Source of the DNA: Brevinemataceae bacterium
GTDB lineage: Bacteria; Spirochaetota; Brevinematia; Brevinematales; Brevinemataceae
Reading direction: 5' to 3'
Length of the DNA stretch: 64,000 bases
Assembly (NCBI GenBank): GCA_051647535.1
Contig: JBOFEA010000015.1
Coordinates: 11,058 to 75,057, forward strand
Shown here: positions 9,412-18,965 of the stretch, piece by piece
How the letters are laid out: each line of letters starts with the position of its first letter
Position numbering within the stretch: the first letter of the stretch is position 1
Notes under the pieces: generated by a model
Seen by the model: only the letters and a program-made list of their open reading frames with translations
What the model was told of the DNA's origin: nothing
The model's database searches: none
Translations under genes and position numbers: made by a program

Positions 9412-10936
9412 TCATAAGATACTTGCCAAACAACAATCTCAAAAAAGTTTTCTGAAATTTCTTTCTGTCGGATTACCTATTGTACTAACTATATGGTTTA
9501 CATTGTTTTTCTTTGGTTCTTACATCAATCCTAAATCATTTTCTTACCTGCCTCAGTCCGTACGCGAAAATCATATTACCGGTTTGTTCTTCCGATCAGA
9601 TACTTGGTCTTATCCCCTCACATTAATCTCTAATATCGAAAACATACCCCTTGCATTAACTGATTCCGTTCCTTTTTTTGCGTTGATTTTTAAAATTCTT
9701 AATATTACTGATATTCAATATTTTGGATTGTGGATTCTGCTAAGCAATATTCTATCTGCATTCTTTATCTACAGAATTGCTTTTAATCTCTCTCATAGAA
9801 GATTTACTGCATGTCTTATTTCTATGATATGTATTACTATTCCGTTTTTATGGTATCACATTTCCTATACGCCTTGGATAGCAGGTTATTGGGTTATTCT
9901 TTGGGCTTATTCTTTATTTTTTAAATCTAACGAATTTTTCTCAAAAGAATGGTATTGTCTGATTTTTATTTCCGCATTAATTCATCCTTATTTTAGTTTG
10001 ATTTGTTTTTTATTGTCTTTTGCAGAAATTTTACAATTATATATATATAAACACTCTGTTTCAGCAGTTCAAGGAGTTTCTCTTTCAAGCAACTGCCTTG
10101 CAATAGTAATTACTATACTTGGAATTTCAGGTGTATTTTACCTTCCTACATATATAGAACCAACCCTTAGTCTGCAACCTCTTAATTTGTTTGGTTTTCC
10201 TTCTTCAGAATACAACCTTTCTTATTTATACCCAGGAACCGCTCTTTCAATTGGTCTTGGAATAGGAGTACTATTCGCAACAGTTTATAAAAGAATGCAA
10301 CTGAAAACCTATCTTCCTCTAATTGCAATTTTTATCATATTATTTTTATTAAGTATCTCTAACGGACTCCTTATCAAGAATTTTCCTTTATTTCCTCATT
10401 CTATGCTTCCCTTACATTATGTCAATTCCGTATTTTCTTCAGGACCGAAATTTCTTATTCCTATTTTATTAATTATCCCCGCTGTATTAGCACATACCGC
10501 AAATCTTCTCAGATCAAAAAATAACAACCTTGAAATCCTATTCTTAAGTATTACATTTATCACTCAAACATTTTTCTTTTCACCTGCCATCAATAATGAT
10601 AAATCCGTATTTCAAGCTTTAAACAATGATGCCGCTAAATTTTTAGATAATACGTCAAAGATAGTATGGATTTTTGACGACAACATTCCGTTAACTCCTC
10701 CTTGTTACGAAAAAATAGCATTTTTTGCATTTAACAATAATATAACTATTAATGCAGCTCCTGTAATGAGATTTCCAACAAATTACAAAGAACAGTTAAA
10801 AACTGCCGCTAAACATTTCCAACAAAATATTTTTTCAACAAATACTGTTTACATTCTTACAACAAAATATTACAATTCATTAAAACCAAATGGAAAAATA
10901 TTAACCTTAGATCATATTGTTCTTTTTAAACCGTAA
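9404..10936 (+). CDS. Polytopic integral membrane protein with C-terminal soluble domain (GT-C-like architecture; possibly the DUF6311 type)
   Basis: About 12 hydrophobic segments, then a roughly 130-aa non-hydrophobic tail. WSYPL....N.....ALTDSVPFFAL.FK resembles a motif I associate with DUF6311/GT-C-like proteins (low certainty). 8-nt overlap with the trpS stop. Confidence 0.35.
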   Translation: MINHKILAKQQSQKSFLKFLSVGLPIVLTIWFTLFFFGSYINPKSFSYLPQSVRENHITGLFFRSDTWSYPLTLISNIENIPLALTDSVPFFALIFKILNITDIQYFGLWILLSNILSAFFIYRIAFNLSHRRFTACLISMICITIPFLWYHISYTPWIAGYWVILWAYSLFFKSNEFFSKEWYCLIFISALIHPYFSLICFLLSFAEILQLYIYKHSVSAVQGVSLSSNCLAIVITILGISGVFYLPTYIEPTLSLQPLNLFGFPSSEYNLSYLYPGTALSIGLGIGVLFATVYKRMQLKTYLPLIAIFIILFLLSISNGLLIKNFPLFPHSMLPLHYVNSVFSSGPKFLIPILLIIPAVLAHTANLLRSKNNNLEILFLSITFITQTFFFSPAINNDKSVFQALNNDAAKFLDNTSKIVWIFDDNIPLTPPCYEKIAFFAFNNNITINAAPVMRFPTNYKEQLKTAAKHFQQNIFSTNTVYILTTKYYNSLKPNGKILTLDHIVLFKP

Positions 10937-11278
10937 GTACACTATCTTTTCCTATCTGTATTAAATTTTCTATCTTCAGCTGATAATAGAAGGATATATT
11001 AAACATTTTCTTCTATACAAGTTCTTAATTACATACAATATAGGTTATAAAACTACTTAAATTATCATCTTAATACTTTAAGCTGAATAATTTTAAAACT
11101 ATTTAATAATAATATTCCTTTATATATTATTAACTACCTTTTAAAAGTAAAAAATTAATATTAATAATTAATTTGATATAAAATATAAAATTTCCGACAC
11201 AATACTTTAATATTTATCATGAACAATATTTTTGAATCAAACAATATTACAAAAAAATATTATTTTTTCTAATATTTA

Positions 11279-11307
11279 TTGACAAAACGACAAATTTTTG
11301 GTTAAAT
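11279..11307 (+). promoter_or_regulatory. Sigma70-type promoter candidate for clpC (long leader)
   Basis: TTGACA (11279-11284), 17-nt spacer, TTAAAT (11302-11307). It is followed immediately by the inverted repeat TTTAAAGAA-N15-TTCTTTAAA (11308-11340). About 175 nt upstream of the clpC ATG. Confidence 0.35.
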
Positions 11308-11482
11308 TTTAAAGAACATAAGCAATTTATATTCTTTAAACTCAAAAAGAATTAGGGATAAAATTTACCAAATAAAGTTTGAAAAAACTCTTCCGATATT
11401 AAATTTTCATACTCAACACATTCTGTTTAACATAATAAAAAAGATTTAGAAAAACTAATTATACAAATAATATGGAGACCAT

Positions 11483-14002
11483 ATGTACGATTTTACAGGA
11501 TTCACACATCGAGCTCAACGAGTTGTCTCAATACTGGCCCAACAAGAAGCCCGAAGACTTTTTAGTGAAGAACTTATACCGGAACATATTTTTTTAGGTA
11601 TGTTAAGAGAATCCGAAGGATCCGCAGTAAAAACTCTATTATCACTGGGATTGAATATTGATGAACTCCAAAATGAAGTAGAATTTGCATTACGAGGACA
11701 AGGTACCGATACATTGACATTAGGCGGAATTCCTGTTTCAAAACGCGTATACCAAGTAATCGAAAATGCAAGACAAGAAGCTAAATTAGTAGGTCATAAC
11801 TATATAGGAACAGAACATTTATTGTTAGGAATTTTCAATGAAAATTTCCCGCAAGCAATTGTTCCTTTCATTATAGAAAATAAAGGAATCGATACCCATC
11901 AACTACGAAATGCTGTTATAAATATTGTCGGATACGGCGAACTGAGAACGTGGAACAAAAAGAAAAAACAAATCAAAACTCCATTCCTTGATAAATTCTG
12001 TAAAAATATTACAGACATTGCCGCTGAAGGAAAATTAGATCCTGTGGTTGGAAGAAAAAAAGAAATTGGACGCGTTATTCAAATTTTATCACGCCGAACT
12101 AAAAACAATCCTATTTTAATAGGAGAACCTGGTGTTGGTAAAACATCTATTATTGAAGGTATTGCACAGCTTATTGTAGCCAATTCGGTTCCGGAAAGCC
12201 TTTTAGGTAAAAAGATTCTTTTGCTGGATATGGGATCATTAGTTGCAGGAACCAAATATAGAGGTGAATTTGAAGAACGCTTGAAAGCTTTAATGCACGA
12301 AGCCGAAAAAGATAAAGATGTCATTATATTTATTGATGAAATCCATACAATTTTGGGAGCAGGAAACGCTGAAGGTTCATTAGATGCTTCTAATATGTTT
12401 AAACCGGCATTAGCGAGAGGATTGTTTAAAACAATCGGAGCAACAACGTTTGACGAATATAAAAAACGTATAGAAAAAGATAAGGCATTAGTAAGAAGAT
12501 TTCAACCAATACGAATTAACGAACCATCATTAGAAGAAACAATTACAATCTTAACTAGATTAAAAAGCAAATACGAAGAATTTCATAATGTCACGTACAC
12601 ACAGCATGCTCTTAAAACTGCAGCACTATTGGCAGAACGCTATATGACAAATCGATTTTTTCCGGATAAAGCTATTGATATTATTGATGAAGCAGGTGCA
12701 CAAGCATTAACATTACTATCAGATAAACCGGACTATTTAATAGATATGGAAGCGAAACTTTCACATTTGGAAAATTTAAAAAATGATTTGGTAAACAAAC
12801 AAGAATATGAAAGTGCAGCTGAACTCCGTAATACTATTCAAGAAAAGCGAAGTAAACTTGCTGAATTACGAGAAGAATGGCTATCATCAATACGAAAAGA
12901 AAATATTATTATTGATTCCTCAGAAATAAGCCGTGTTATTTCAAATATGACTGATATTCCTGTCCAACATTTGCATACAGATGGAGATTATAACAGATAC
13001 CTCGAATTAGAACACATTCTTGGTCAAACTGTTAAAGGACAGCCACAAGCAATCAAAGCACTTACCCACGCTGTACAAAAAAATGCTGTTGGAATTAGAA
13101 ATTACAAAAGACCTATTGGTACTTTTATGTTCTTAGGACCTACCGGTGTAGGAAAAACAGAATTAGCAAAAAGATTAGCAATATTTATGTTTGGAACTGA
13201 AGAAGCTCTGATCCGTATTGATATGAGTGAATTTATGGACAAACACAATTCGTCAAGACTTCTTGGAGCACCTCCGGGATATATTGGACATGAAAACGGT
13301 GGAGAATTAACAGAACGAATTAAACGCAGACCGTATTCAATTATTTTATTTGATGAAATCGAAAAAGCAAATCCTGAAATTTTTAATATGTTTCTTCAAA
13401 TACTCGATGAAGGTCATGTGACCGATGCAATGGGAGAAAAAGTAAGTTTTAAAAATACCTTGATTATTTTCACTTCGAACCTAGGCACAGAAAAACTTAC
13501 TCAACAATCAGCATTAGGATTTTCCGAAGTTGAGAAAGAATACGAAAAACGTAAAAATTTAGTCAAAGAAGATTTAAAGCACCATTTCAAACCGGAATTT
13601 TTGAATCGTATTGACGAAACAATCATTTTTAATCCTCTTGATAAATCAATATTAATGGATATTTGTTCACAAATGATCGAAGAATTAAATGACAATATTC
13701 GACCTCAAGGATTTAAAATCGACGTTGATGAAAAAGCAAAAGCATATATCATTGAACAAGGATTTGAACAGAAATTTGGAGCACGTTCCATTAGAAGATC
13801 TATCTCAAAATTAATTGAAATACCGGCGACTCAACTTATTCTGAAACAAGGAACCCAACACCATAATTGTGAATTAGAAATTTTGGAAATTCATGTAAGC
13901 AAAAAAGATGCTGTACCGGATTTATCCTTTTCAGCAAAAATCAAAAAAATATTTGTACATAAAGTTAAAAAAACAAGAAAATATACAAAAAAATCAGATT
14001 AA
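11483..14002 (+). CDS. clpC: ATP-dependent Clp protease ATP-binding subunit ClpC (class I AAA+)
   Basis: Double Clp_N repeat at the N-terminus, Walker A GEPGVGKT and [11 protein letters not shown]-like linker [19 protein letters not shown] lies upstream of the ATG. Confidence 0.9.
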   Translation: MYDFTGFTHRAQRVVSILAQQEARRLFSEELIPEHIFLGMLRESEGSAVKTLLSLGLNIDELQNEVEFALRGQGTDTLTLGGIPVSKRVYQVIENARQEAKLVGHNYIGTEHLLLGIFNENFPQAIVPFIIENKGIDTHQLRNAVINIVGYGELRTWNKKKKQIKTPFLDKFCKNITDIAAEGKLDPVVGRKKEIGRVIQILSRRTKNNPILIGEPGVGKTSIIEGIAQLIVANSVPESLLGKKILLLDMGSLVAGTKYRGEFEERLKALMHEAEKDKDVIIFIDEIHTILGAGNAEGSLDASNMFKPALARGLFKTIGATTFDEYKKRIEKDKALVRRFQPIRINEPSLEETITILTRLKSKYEEFHNVTYTQHALKTAALLAERYMTNRFFPDKAIDIIDEAGAQALTLLSDKPDYLIDMEAKLSHLENLKNDLVNKQEYESAAELRNTIQEKRSKLAELREEWLSSIRKENIIIDSSEISRVISNMTDIPVQHLHTDGDYNRYLELEHILGQTVKGQPQAIKALTHAVQKNAVGIRNYKRPIGTFMFLGPTGVGKTELAKRLAIFMFGTEEALIRIDMSEFMDKHNSSRLLGAPPGYIGHENGGELTERIKRRPYSIILFDEIEKANPEIFNMFLQILDEGHVTDAMGEKVSFKNTLIIFTSNLGTEKLTQQSALGFSEVEKEYEKRKNLVKEDLKHHFKPEFLNRIDETIIFNPLDKSILMDICSQMIEELNDNIRPQGFKIDVDEKAKAYIIEQGFEQKFGARSIRRSISKLIEIPATQLILKQGTQHHNCELEILEIHVSKKDAVPDLSFSAKIKKIFVHKVKKTRKYTKKSD

Positions 14003-14017
14003 ATACTTTACTTAAAC

Positions 14018-14045
14018 AAAAAGCTCCTTTATAAAGGAGCTTTTT
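14018..14045. terminator. Bidirectional intrinsic terminator between convergent clpC and the WG-repeat gene
   Basis: Perfect palindrome AAAAAGCTCCTTTA/TAAAGGAGCTTTTT with A/T runs on both sides. Confidence 0.75.
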
Positions 14046-14067
14046 GTTTATATATTGTGTGTATTTT

Positions 14068-16224
14068 TTAATAAGTTTGAACTGTATTATTTGGCTGTAG
14101 TTTATTATTCAAGGCATCTTGTATAACAGCGTCAGTCATATCAACTGTATTATTAGATACATTATTTTGTCTGATAATTTCTATTTGACTTGTTTCATTA
14201 GTATAAACCAAGGTATTAGTACCATTATTGATCATAAATTGTTCTACCAATTGATTAGTGACTGATTCAACAGATTCAACTACTTCTTGATTTTTATTAT
14301 CCGACACAAAAACGCCGCTGCATTCCTCTACTGATCTTACACTACCGGAAGCAAAAGGAACATTATACCAATGTTTCATAGTTATACCATATTTTTCATT
14401 TGATACTTCTATCCGCTCTCTATTGTTGTTAAACGAAAGCATAAAACTTTGAGGATTGTTACTGCTGTCCTTTCGTCCATTAAACTGTGCAACAGCATTA
14501 GATATCAATAAATTTGTAATAATCGCTCTTGATTTTGGATATTCTGAAGTAGGAAATCCCGCCGCAGACGAGAAAATAAAAAATGCCTCAGACACTTTCA
14601 TAAATGGAACAAAATACGTGTCAATAACAGAATTTCTATTAACATTACGGGAAAGTGTTGCGCCATTAAAAAAGATAGAACTCATAGATTTTTGAAATTC
14701 CGTAGGAGAACCGGTTTCAGAGATGACACCAAAACGATCACGAAAATATGGATATATACCCATATTAATATTAGGTACAGGAAACAATGACACCCCTTCA
14801 GAAAAAATATAGCCGGGTCTGGCAAAATACTCAGAAAAATATAATAGTCCATTCAATCCATGTCCGATAATAGGAGTTGCAGTTTTCTGATATTTTTTAA
14901 CAAACTGTCCGCCATATTGGGCTTTGATAATCACCCGAGAAGAAGGAGATTCGTCTTTGTAAAACGAAAGACTGGGATAAATAATATTAAACAAAATATC
15001 TTCATTATGAGGAACAGGTTTGGAAATCACACTCCAAGATTTTATAGGAGATCCTTGACGATTAATATAAGAAACCTTATATCCGCCTGTCATTGGAGCA
15101 ATAGTAACTGCAAGTTCATCTTTAAAATCAGATGCGTATAAATAAGAAGGTTTCACAGCCAACGAACCATTAGAAGCATAGTAACCATAAAAATTACCAG
15201 CTCTCATACGAGAACGTTCGTTTTGAAATGAACCAATAGAAGTAATTTTATCCGTTAAATTATAGCGTCCCTGAGCATTTAAAAAGCCATTAGAATTATT
15301 TTTAGCAACACGAGCCAAGTTTCCATCAAAACGAGCTGCACGAGTAAACACAAAAGGAGCTAATTCCTTACCGGATTTATTGATAAAGGTAAAGAACCGG
15401 CCATTACCTACAATAGCAAGTCCATGTGAAAATTTATCGGCAATAACATATATAGGAGGAATAATAAATTCACCGGCAGTATTAATATATCCCCATTTCT
15501 TTTTAATCTGTACCGGAGCCAAACCGTTATTAAAATCCCCGACAGCTTCAAATATTTGATCAGTGACAACATTATTATTTTTATCAATAAAAGTCCATCC
15601 TTGATCAGTTTGCACACCGGCAAAACCTCCGGAAAAAGACCGTGCCGCACGATATTGGGGAGAAATAATCATAGTACCTTGAGTATTGATAAAACCAAAT
15701 TGTTCTTTTCTTGAGTGTGATACAGCAACTAATGCCAGCCCTTCTTTAAAATTATATGCTTGGGAGAAACAGGCACCTGTAATTTCTTCACCATTTTGAT
15801 TAACATAACCGTATAGATTATTTAATTGATATCGAGAAAAACCATCTTCTGCAACAAAAATATTATCATATTTACGCTTTGATACAAATGTACCGTTGGC
15901 AAGAAGATACGAGTATTGATTTTTTACCCGAACTTTTGCGAGTCCGCTTTTAAAGTCAGACACAGCAACAAATTTCGGAGATATTATTTCTTTTCCGGAA
16001 GAATTGACAAATCCATATAAATATTCACCCGAATCATTGAATTTTGCGATGCGGGCATACCCATCAGAAAAAAACGCTGCAGCTTCATATACAGGTGAAA
16101 CAACAACCTTCCCAGACACATCAATATATCCCCACTTGCCGTTTTCAGGAAACGGATATAATTGCTGTGCATAGATATCCACACTTAACATAAGAAAAAA
16201 CAAGGAAAGAAAGACTATCAACAT
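14068..16224 (-). CDS. Secreted WG-repeat (KWG-type) protein with an unassigned C-terminal domain of about 320 aa
   Basis: Signal peptide, then about 11 copies of a roughly 33-aa repeat (WGYID.sGk.vI.P.Y..a..Fs.GlA.V), as in WG_beta_rep/KWG repeats known from Leptospira. The C-terminal half has no motif I recognise. Confidence 0.7.
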   Translation of the reverse strand: MLIVFLSLFFLMLSVDIYAQQLYPFPENGKWGYIDVSGKVVVSPVYEAAAFFSDGYARIAKFNDSGEYLYGFVNSSGKEIISPKFVAVSDFKSGLAKVRVKNQYSYLLANGTFVSKRKYDNIFVAEDGFSRYQLNNLYGYVNQNGEEITGACFSQAYNFKEGLALVAVSHSRKEQFGFINTQGTMIISPQYRAARSFSGGFAGVQTDQGWTFIDKNNNVVTDQIFEAVGDFNNGLAPVQIKKKWGYINTAGEFIIPPIYVIADKFSHGLAIVGNGRFFTFINKSGKELAPFVFTRAARFDGNLARVAKNNSNGFLNAQGRYNLTDKITSIGSFQNERSRMRAGNFYGYYASNGSLAVKPSYLYASDFKDELAVTIAPMTGGYKVSYINRQGSPIKSWSVISKPVPHNEDILFNIIYPSLSFYKDESPSSRVIIKAQYGGQFVKKYQKTATPIIGHGLNGLLYFSEYFARPGYIFSEGVSLFPVPNINMGIYPYFRDRFGVISETGSPTEFQKSMSSIFFNGATLSRNVNRNSVIDTYFVPFMKVSEAFFIFSSAAGFPTSEYPKSRAIITNLLISNAVAQFNGRKDSSNNPQSFMLSFNNNRERIEVSNEKYGITMKHWYNVPFASGSVRSVEECSGVFVSDNKNQEVVESVESVTNQLVEQFMINNGTNTLVYTNETSQIEIIRQNNVSNNTVDMTDAVIQDALNNKLQPNNTVQTY

Positions 16225-16716
16225 TATTAAACCTCATAAAATATCAAAATAAATATCAAAATTGAAATTAGATTATTATAACATATTTTTTATACTAAAT
16301 CGAATTTTTAACATATAAATTATTAATTAAAAAAACTGTACTTCCTGTATATACAATAAAACCATAAAAAATTACATAAAAAAATTATGATTAAATCAAT
16401 AATTATTCCGAACATATTAAAGCTCAACTAATTTTATTACGATTAATTTTCAAGAACATCCAAATCTCTGTTTTCTTAATAGAATTACAAATTCATATTC
16501 AATATTTGTAATGATCAAAACAAAGATTTAGATTCACAAATTGAAAATTAAATGCAACATCTTAATAGATGTTCTTGAAATTTCAGGTCTTTAAAAATAA
16601 ATAAAATAGTTTTCATTATTTCATTAAAGCATTAACATTATTCTCCGAAAAATATTTGTCAGCGTAAGACAGAATAATTATTAAAATCAACATTAATATT
16701 AAGAACAGAGAACACT

Positions 16717-17082
16717 GTGAACAAAACATACGAAAAAAATAAAGCATTAGGAAAATTCGGAGAAACTACAGCAAAAAACTATTTAATTAATAAAGGATTC
16801 GAATTGATTTCCGAAAATTATTTCACTAGAAAAGGAGAACTTGATTTAATTTTCAAAGATAACAACACATTAATTTTCATTGAAGTAAAAACGAGAAAAA
16901 ACAAAATGGATTTGAGTCTTGCAATTGGTTTTAAAAAAAGTCAACATCTTTATTCAGCAGCAGAAATTTTCATTGAAAAAGAACAAATTCCATTTGAAGA
17001 TATGCGATTTGATATTATTTTTGTATTAATAAATACAAGAGGGGAAGTAGAGGAGATTGAGCACAGACCAAATTTTTTTTAA
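16717..17082 (+). CDS. yraN: YraN-family (UPF0102) putative endonuclease
   Basis: GE..A..YL...G...I..N......GELDLI......L.FIEVKTR pattern. GTG start. Confidence 0.8.
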   Translation: MNKTYEKNKALGKFGETTAKNYLINKGFELISENYFTRKGELDLIFKDNNTLIFIEVKTRKNKMDLSLAIGFKKSQHLYSAAEIFIEKEQIPFEDMRFDIIFVLINTRGEVEEIEHRPNFF

Positions 17083-17094
17083 TGAGGTTCACTC

Positions 17095-17304
17095 GTGTCC
17101 GACATTTCATCAAACCGAAAACGTAATTTTCGGAGGCTTATTGTTAAGACCAATGCCGGTTCCTTAACACCTGAACGAACTGATTTTTTGAAGCAGAAAA
17201 TCAACGATCCGGAATATTTATTATTTTCGATCGACAGATTAGCGGAAAATCTCAGCAAAGTTCTTGCAGAAGGATATTCGACATATCCTGAAGCCAATGA
17301 TTAA
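17095..17304 (+). CDS. Small hypothetical protein, possible anti-sigma-28 factor FlgM-like
   Basis: GAGG lies 6 nt before GTG 17095. C-terminal RTDFLKQKINDPEYLLFSIDRLAENLSKVL resembles the FlgM C-terminal helix pattern (compare B. subtilis [31 protein letters not shown], recalled from memory). Confidence 0.3.
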   Translation: MSDISSNRKRNFRRLIVKTNAGSLTPERTDFLKQKINDPEYLLFSIDRLAENLSKVLAEGYSTYPEAND

Positions 17305-17352
17305 ATAAAAAAACGGTTCCTTTTTTATTTAATTCATACTCTTCCTTTCGAC

Positions 17353-17385
17353 AAAAACCCTCTAAATTATATTTAGAGGGTTTTT
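17353..17385. terminator. Bidirectional intrinsic terminator
   Basis: AAAAACCCTCTAAAT-tat-ATTTAGAGGGTTTTT, between the convergent 69-aa ORF and the 135-aa lipoprotein gene. Confidence 0.7.
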
Positions 17386-17386
17386 G

Positions 17387-17794
17387 TTATTGTTGAAGCA
17401 TCGTGAGTTGTTGATTAAAATTTTGCGGAAACTCCGTAACTGAAGGTATCGGAGGATTGACATATAAAATACTAGGATTTTGACCCGGCACCGCACGAGT
17501 CATTTGAAACGCTACATAACCGCACGGTGCATAAAGCCATACCTGTAATATAGAATGATTCTGTGCTACAACCGAATGCAACGAATAATCATTATTAGGT
17601 ATAGAAGAAACATTTATAATATCAACATTTTTTATACCAATATTAAGATAAGCAGACCCTGTATTATATTGATAATAAACTCCGTTCCACACAGCACAAA
17701 TCTGTGGTCCTCCAAGCAAATACTGTTCACCTGCACAAGAAAACAATACAAATATAGACGAACACAAGAGAAATAAATTAAAAATGAGACGCAT
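17387..17794 (-). CDS. Hypothetical lipoprotein
   Basis: Lipobox VLFSCAG. GGAGG-like sequence upstream. No recognisable domain. Confidence 0.5.
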   Translation of the reverse strand: MRLIFNLFLLCSSIFVLFSCAGEQYLLGGPQICAVWNGVYYQYNTGSAYLNIGIKNVDIINVSSIPNNDYSLHSVVAQNHSILQVWLYAPCGYVAFQMTRAVPGQNPSILYVNPPIPSVTEFPQNFNQQLTMLQQ

Positions 17795-17889
17795 TTTTAC
17801 CTCCTATACCATATTATAAATATAATCAATTATGAGCAATTTACAAAAAACAACGAATATTAAATTCGATATTCCAGTATAAATATTTT

Positions 17890-17918
17890 TTGACAATTCA
17901 AAAAAATTACTATATTAT
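17890..17918 (+). promoter_or_regulatory. Sigma70-type promoter candidate for the thioesterase-PAP2-maf operon
   Basis: TTGACA (17890-17895), 17-nt spacer, TATTAT (17913-17918), about 38 nt upstream of ATG 17956. Confidence 0.45.
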
Positions 17919-17955
17919 TATAAGTAATAACGTCATATAATACTCGGAGAAATTT

Positions 17956-18378
17956 ATGATTCACGAATTTGAATTAACTGCACGATATGCTGAAACAGAT
18001 ATGATGGGCGTCATTCATCATGCCGTTTATCCGGTATGGGCTGAAGCAGCTCGGACAAATCTAATGAATGCTATGGGAGTAAGATATTCAGACATTGAAA
18101 CTTCCGGAATAATGCTTCCTGTGACAGAAATATATTTTTCATACAGAGCTCCGGTTAAGTTTGAAGACAACGTGCTTATTAAATCAGCAGTAACAAATCT
18201 TGACAGTCGCAGATTAAGAATAGATTATGAAATCGAAGTACAAAACAAATTATGTGTATACGGACATTCGAAACATTTATATATGAATAAAGAAACACGA
18301 AAATCTATGCGTATTGATGCTGAAATATTAGATAATTTCCGCAAATATTTCCATCCGGAATTTCAAAAAAATTCTTAG
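17956..18378 (+). CDS. Acyl-CoA thioesterase, 4HBT/YbgC hot-dog family
   Basis: N-terminus FELTARYAETDMMGVIHHAVYPVW is typical of YbgC/4HBT thioesterases (catalytic Asp in ETD). Confidence 0.75.
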   Translation: MIHEFELTARYAETDMMGVIHHAVYPVWAEAARTNLMNAMGVRYSDIETSGIMLPVTEIYFSYRAPVKFEDNVLIKSAVTNLDSRRLRIDYEIEVQNKLCVYGHSKHLYMNKETRKSMRIDAEILDNFRKYFHPEFQKNS

Positions 18379-18395
18379 GAAAAAAAGAGAGTATA

Positions 18396-18965
18396 TTGAT
18401 GAATTTAAAAAACTCAAGCAAACAAACCCATTCAAAACCCAAAATTAAAAATCTACTCCGTACGGATTATTTGTTATTATCGATGATGACACGCAAAAGA
18501 AAAAAATTTCTAGTAAGAACAGCAATTTTCTTTACTAAATTAGGAAACGGACAAATTTGGGTCTTATTTGCGGCAAATATCTTTCTCTTTAATGTTCCAA
18601 TAGGAATAGCGTTTTTCACATCAATCCTTATTCAACTCTATATTCAAACAATCCTCAAAACATTGATAAAAAGAACCAGACCATACTTGATTTATAATGA
18701 TATAAAACAATTATACAATCCTCCTGATCCGTATTCGTTTCCATCCGGACATACATGTGCTGCATTTACAATGGTATTTGTATCAAAAGCAATACTTTCT
18801 TCTATATGGATTGTATTCTTGATTATTGGAATGAGTATAGGATTATCAAGAATATACCTTGCTGTCCACTACCCTTCTGATGTTTTTGGAGGAATTATTG
18901 TAGCATATGCAGCCGCCAAATTAGGAATTTATATTACAGAATTGTCTACAGGTATTTTATTATGA
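18396..18965 (+). CDS. PAP2-family membrane phosphatase
   Basis: KRTRP ... PSGHT ... SRIYLAVHYPSDV, the three acid-phosphatase motifs, plus multiple TM segments. Confidence 0.8.
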   Translation: MMNLKNSSKQTHSKPKIKNLLRTDYLLLSMMTRKRKKFLVRTAIFFTKLGNGQIWVLFAANIFLFNVPIGIAFFTSILIQLYIQTILKTLIKRTRPYLIYNDIKQLYNPPDPYSFPSGHTCAAFTMVFVSKAILSSIWIVFLIIGMSIGLSRIYLAVHYPSDVFGGIIVAYAAAKLGIYITELSTGILL

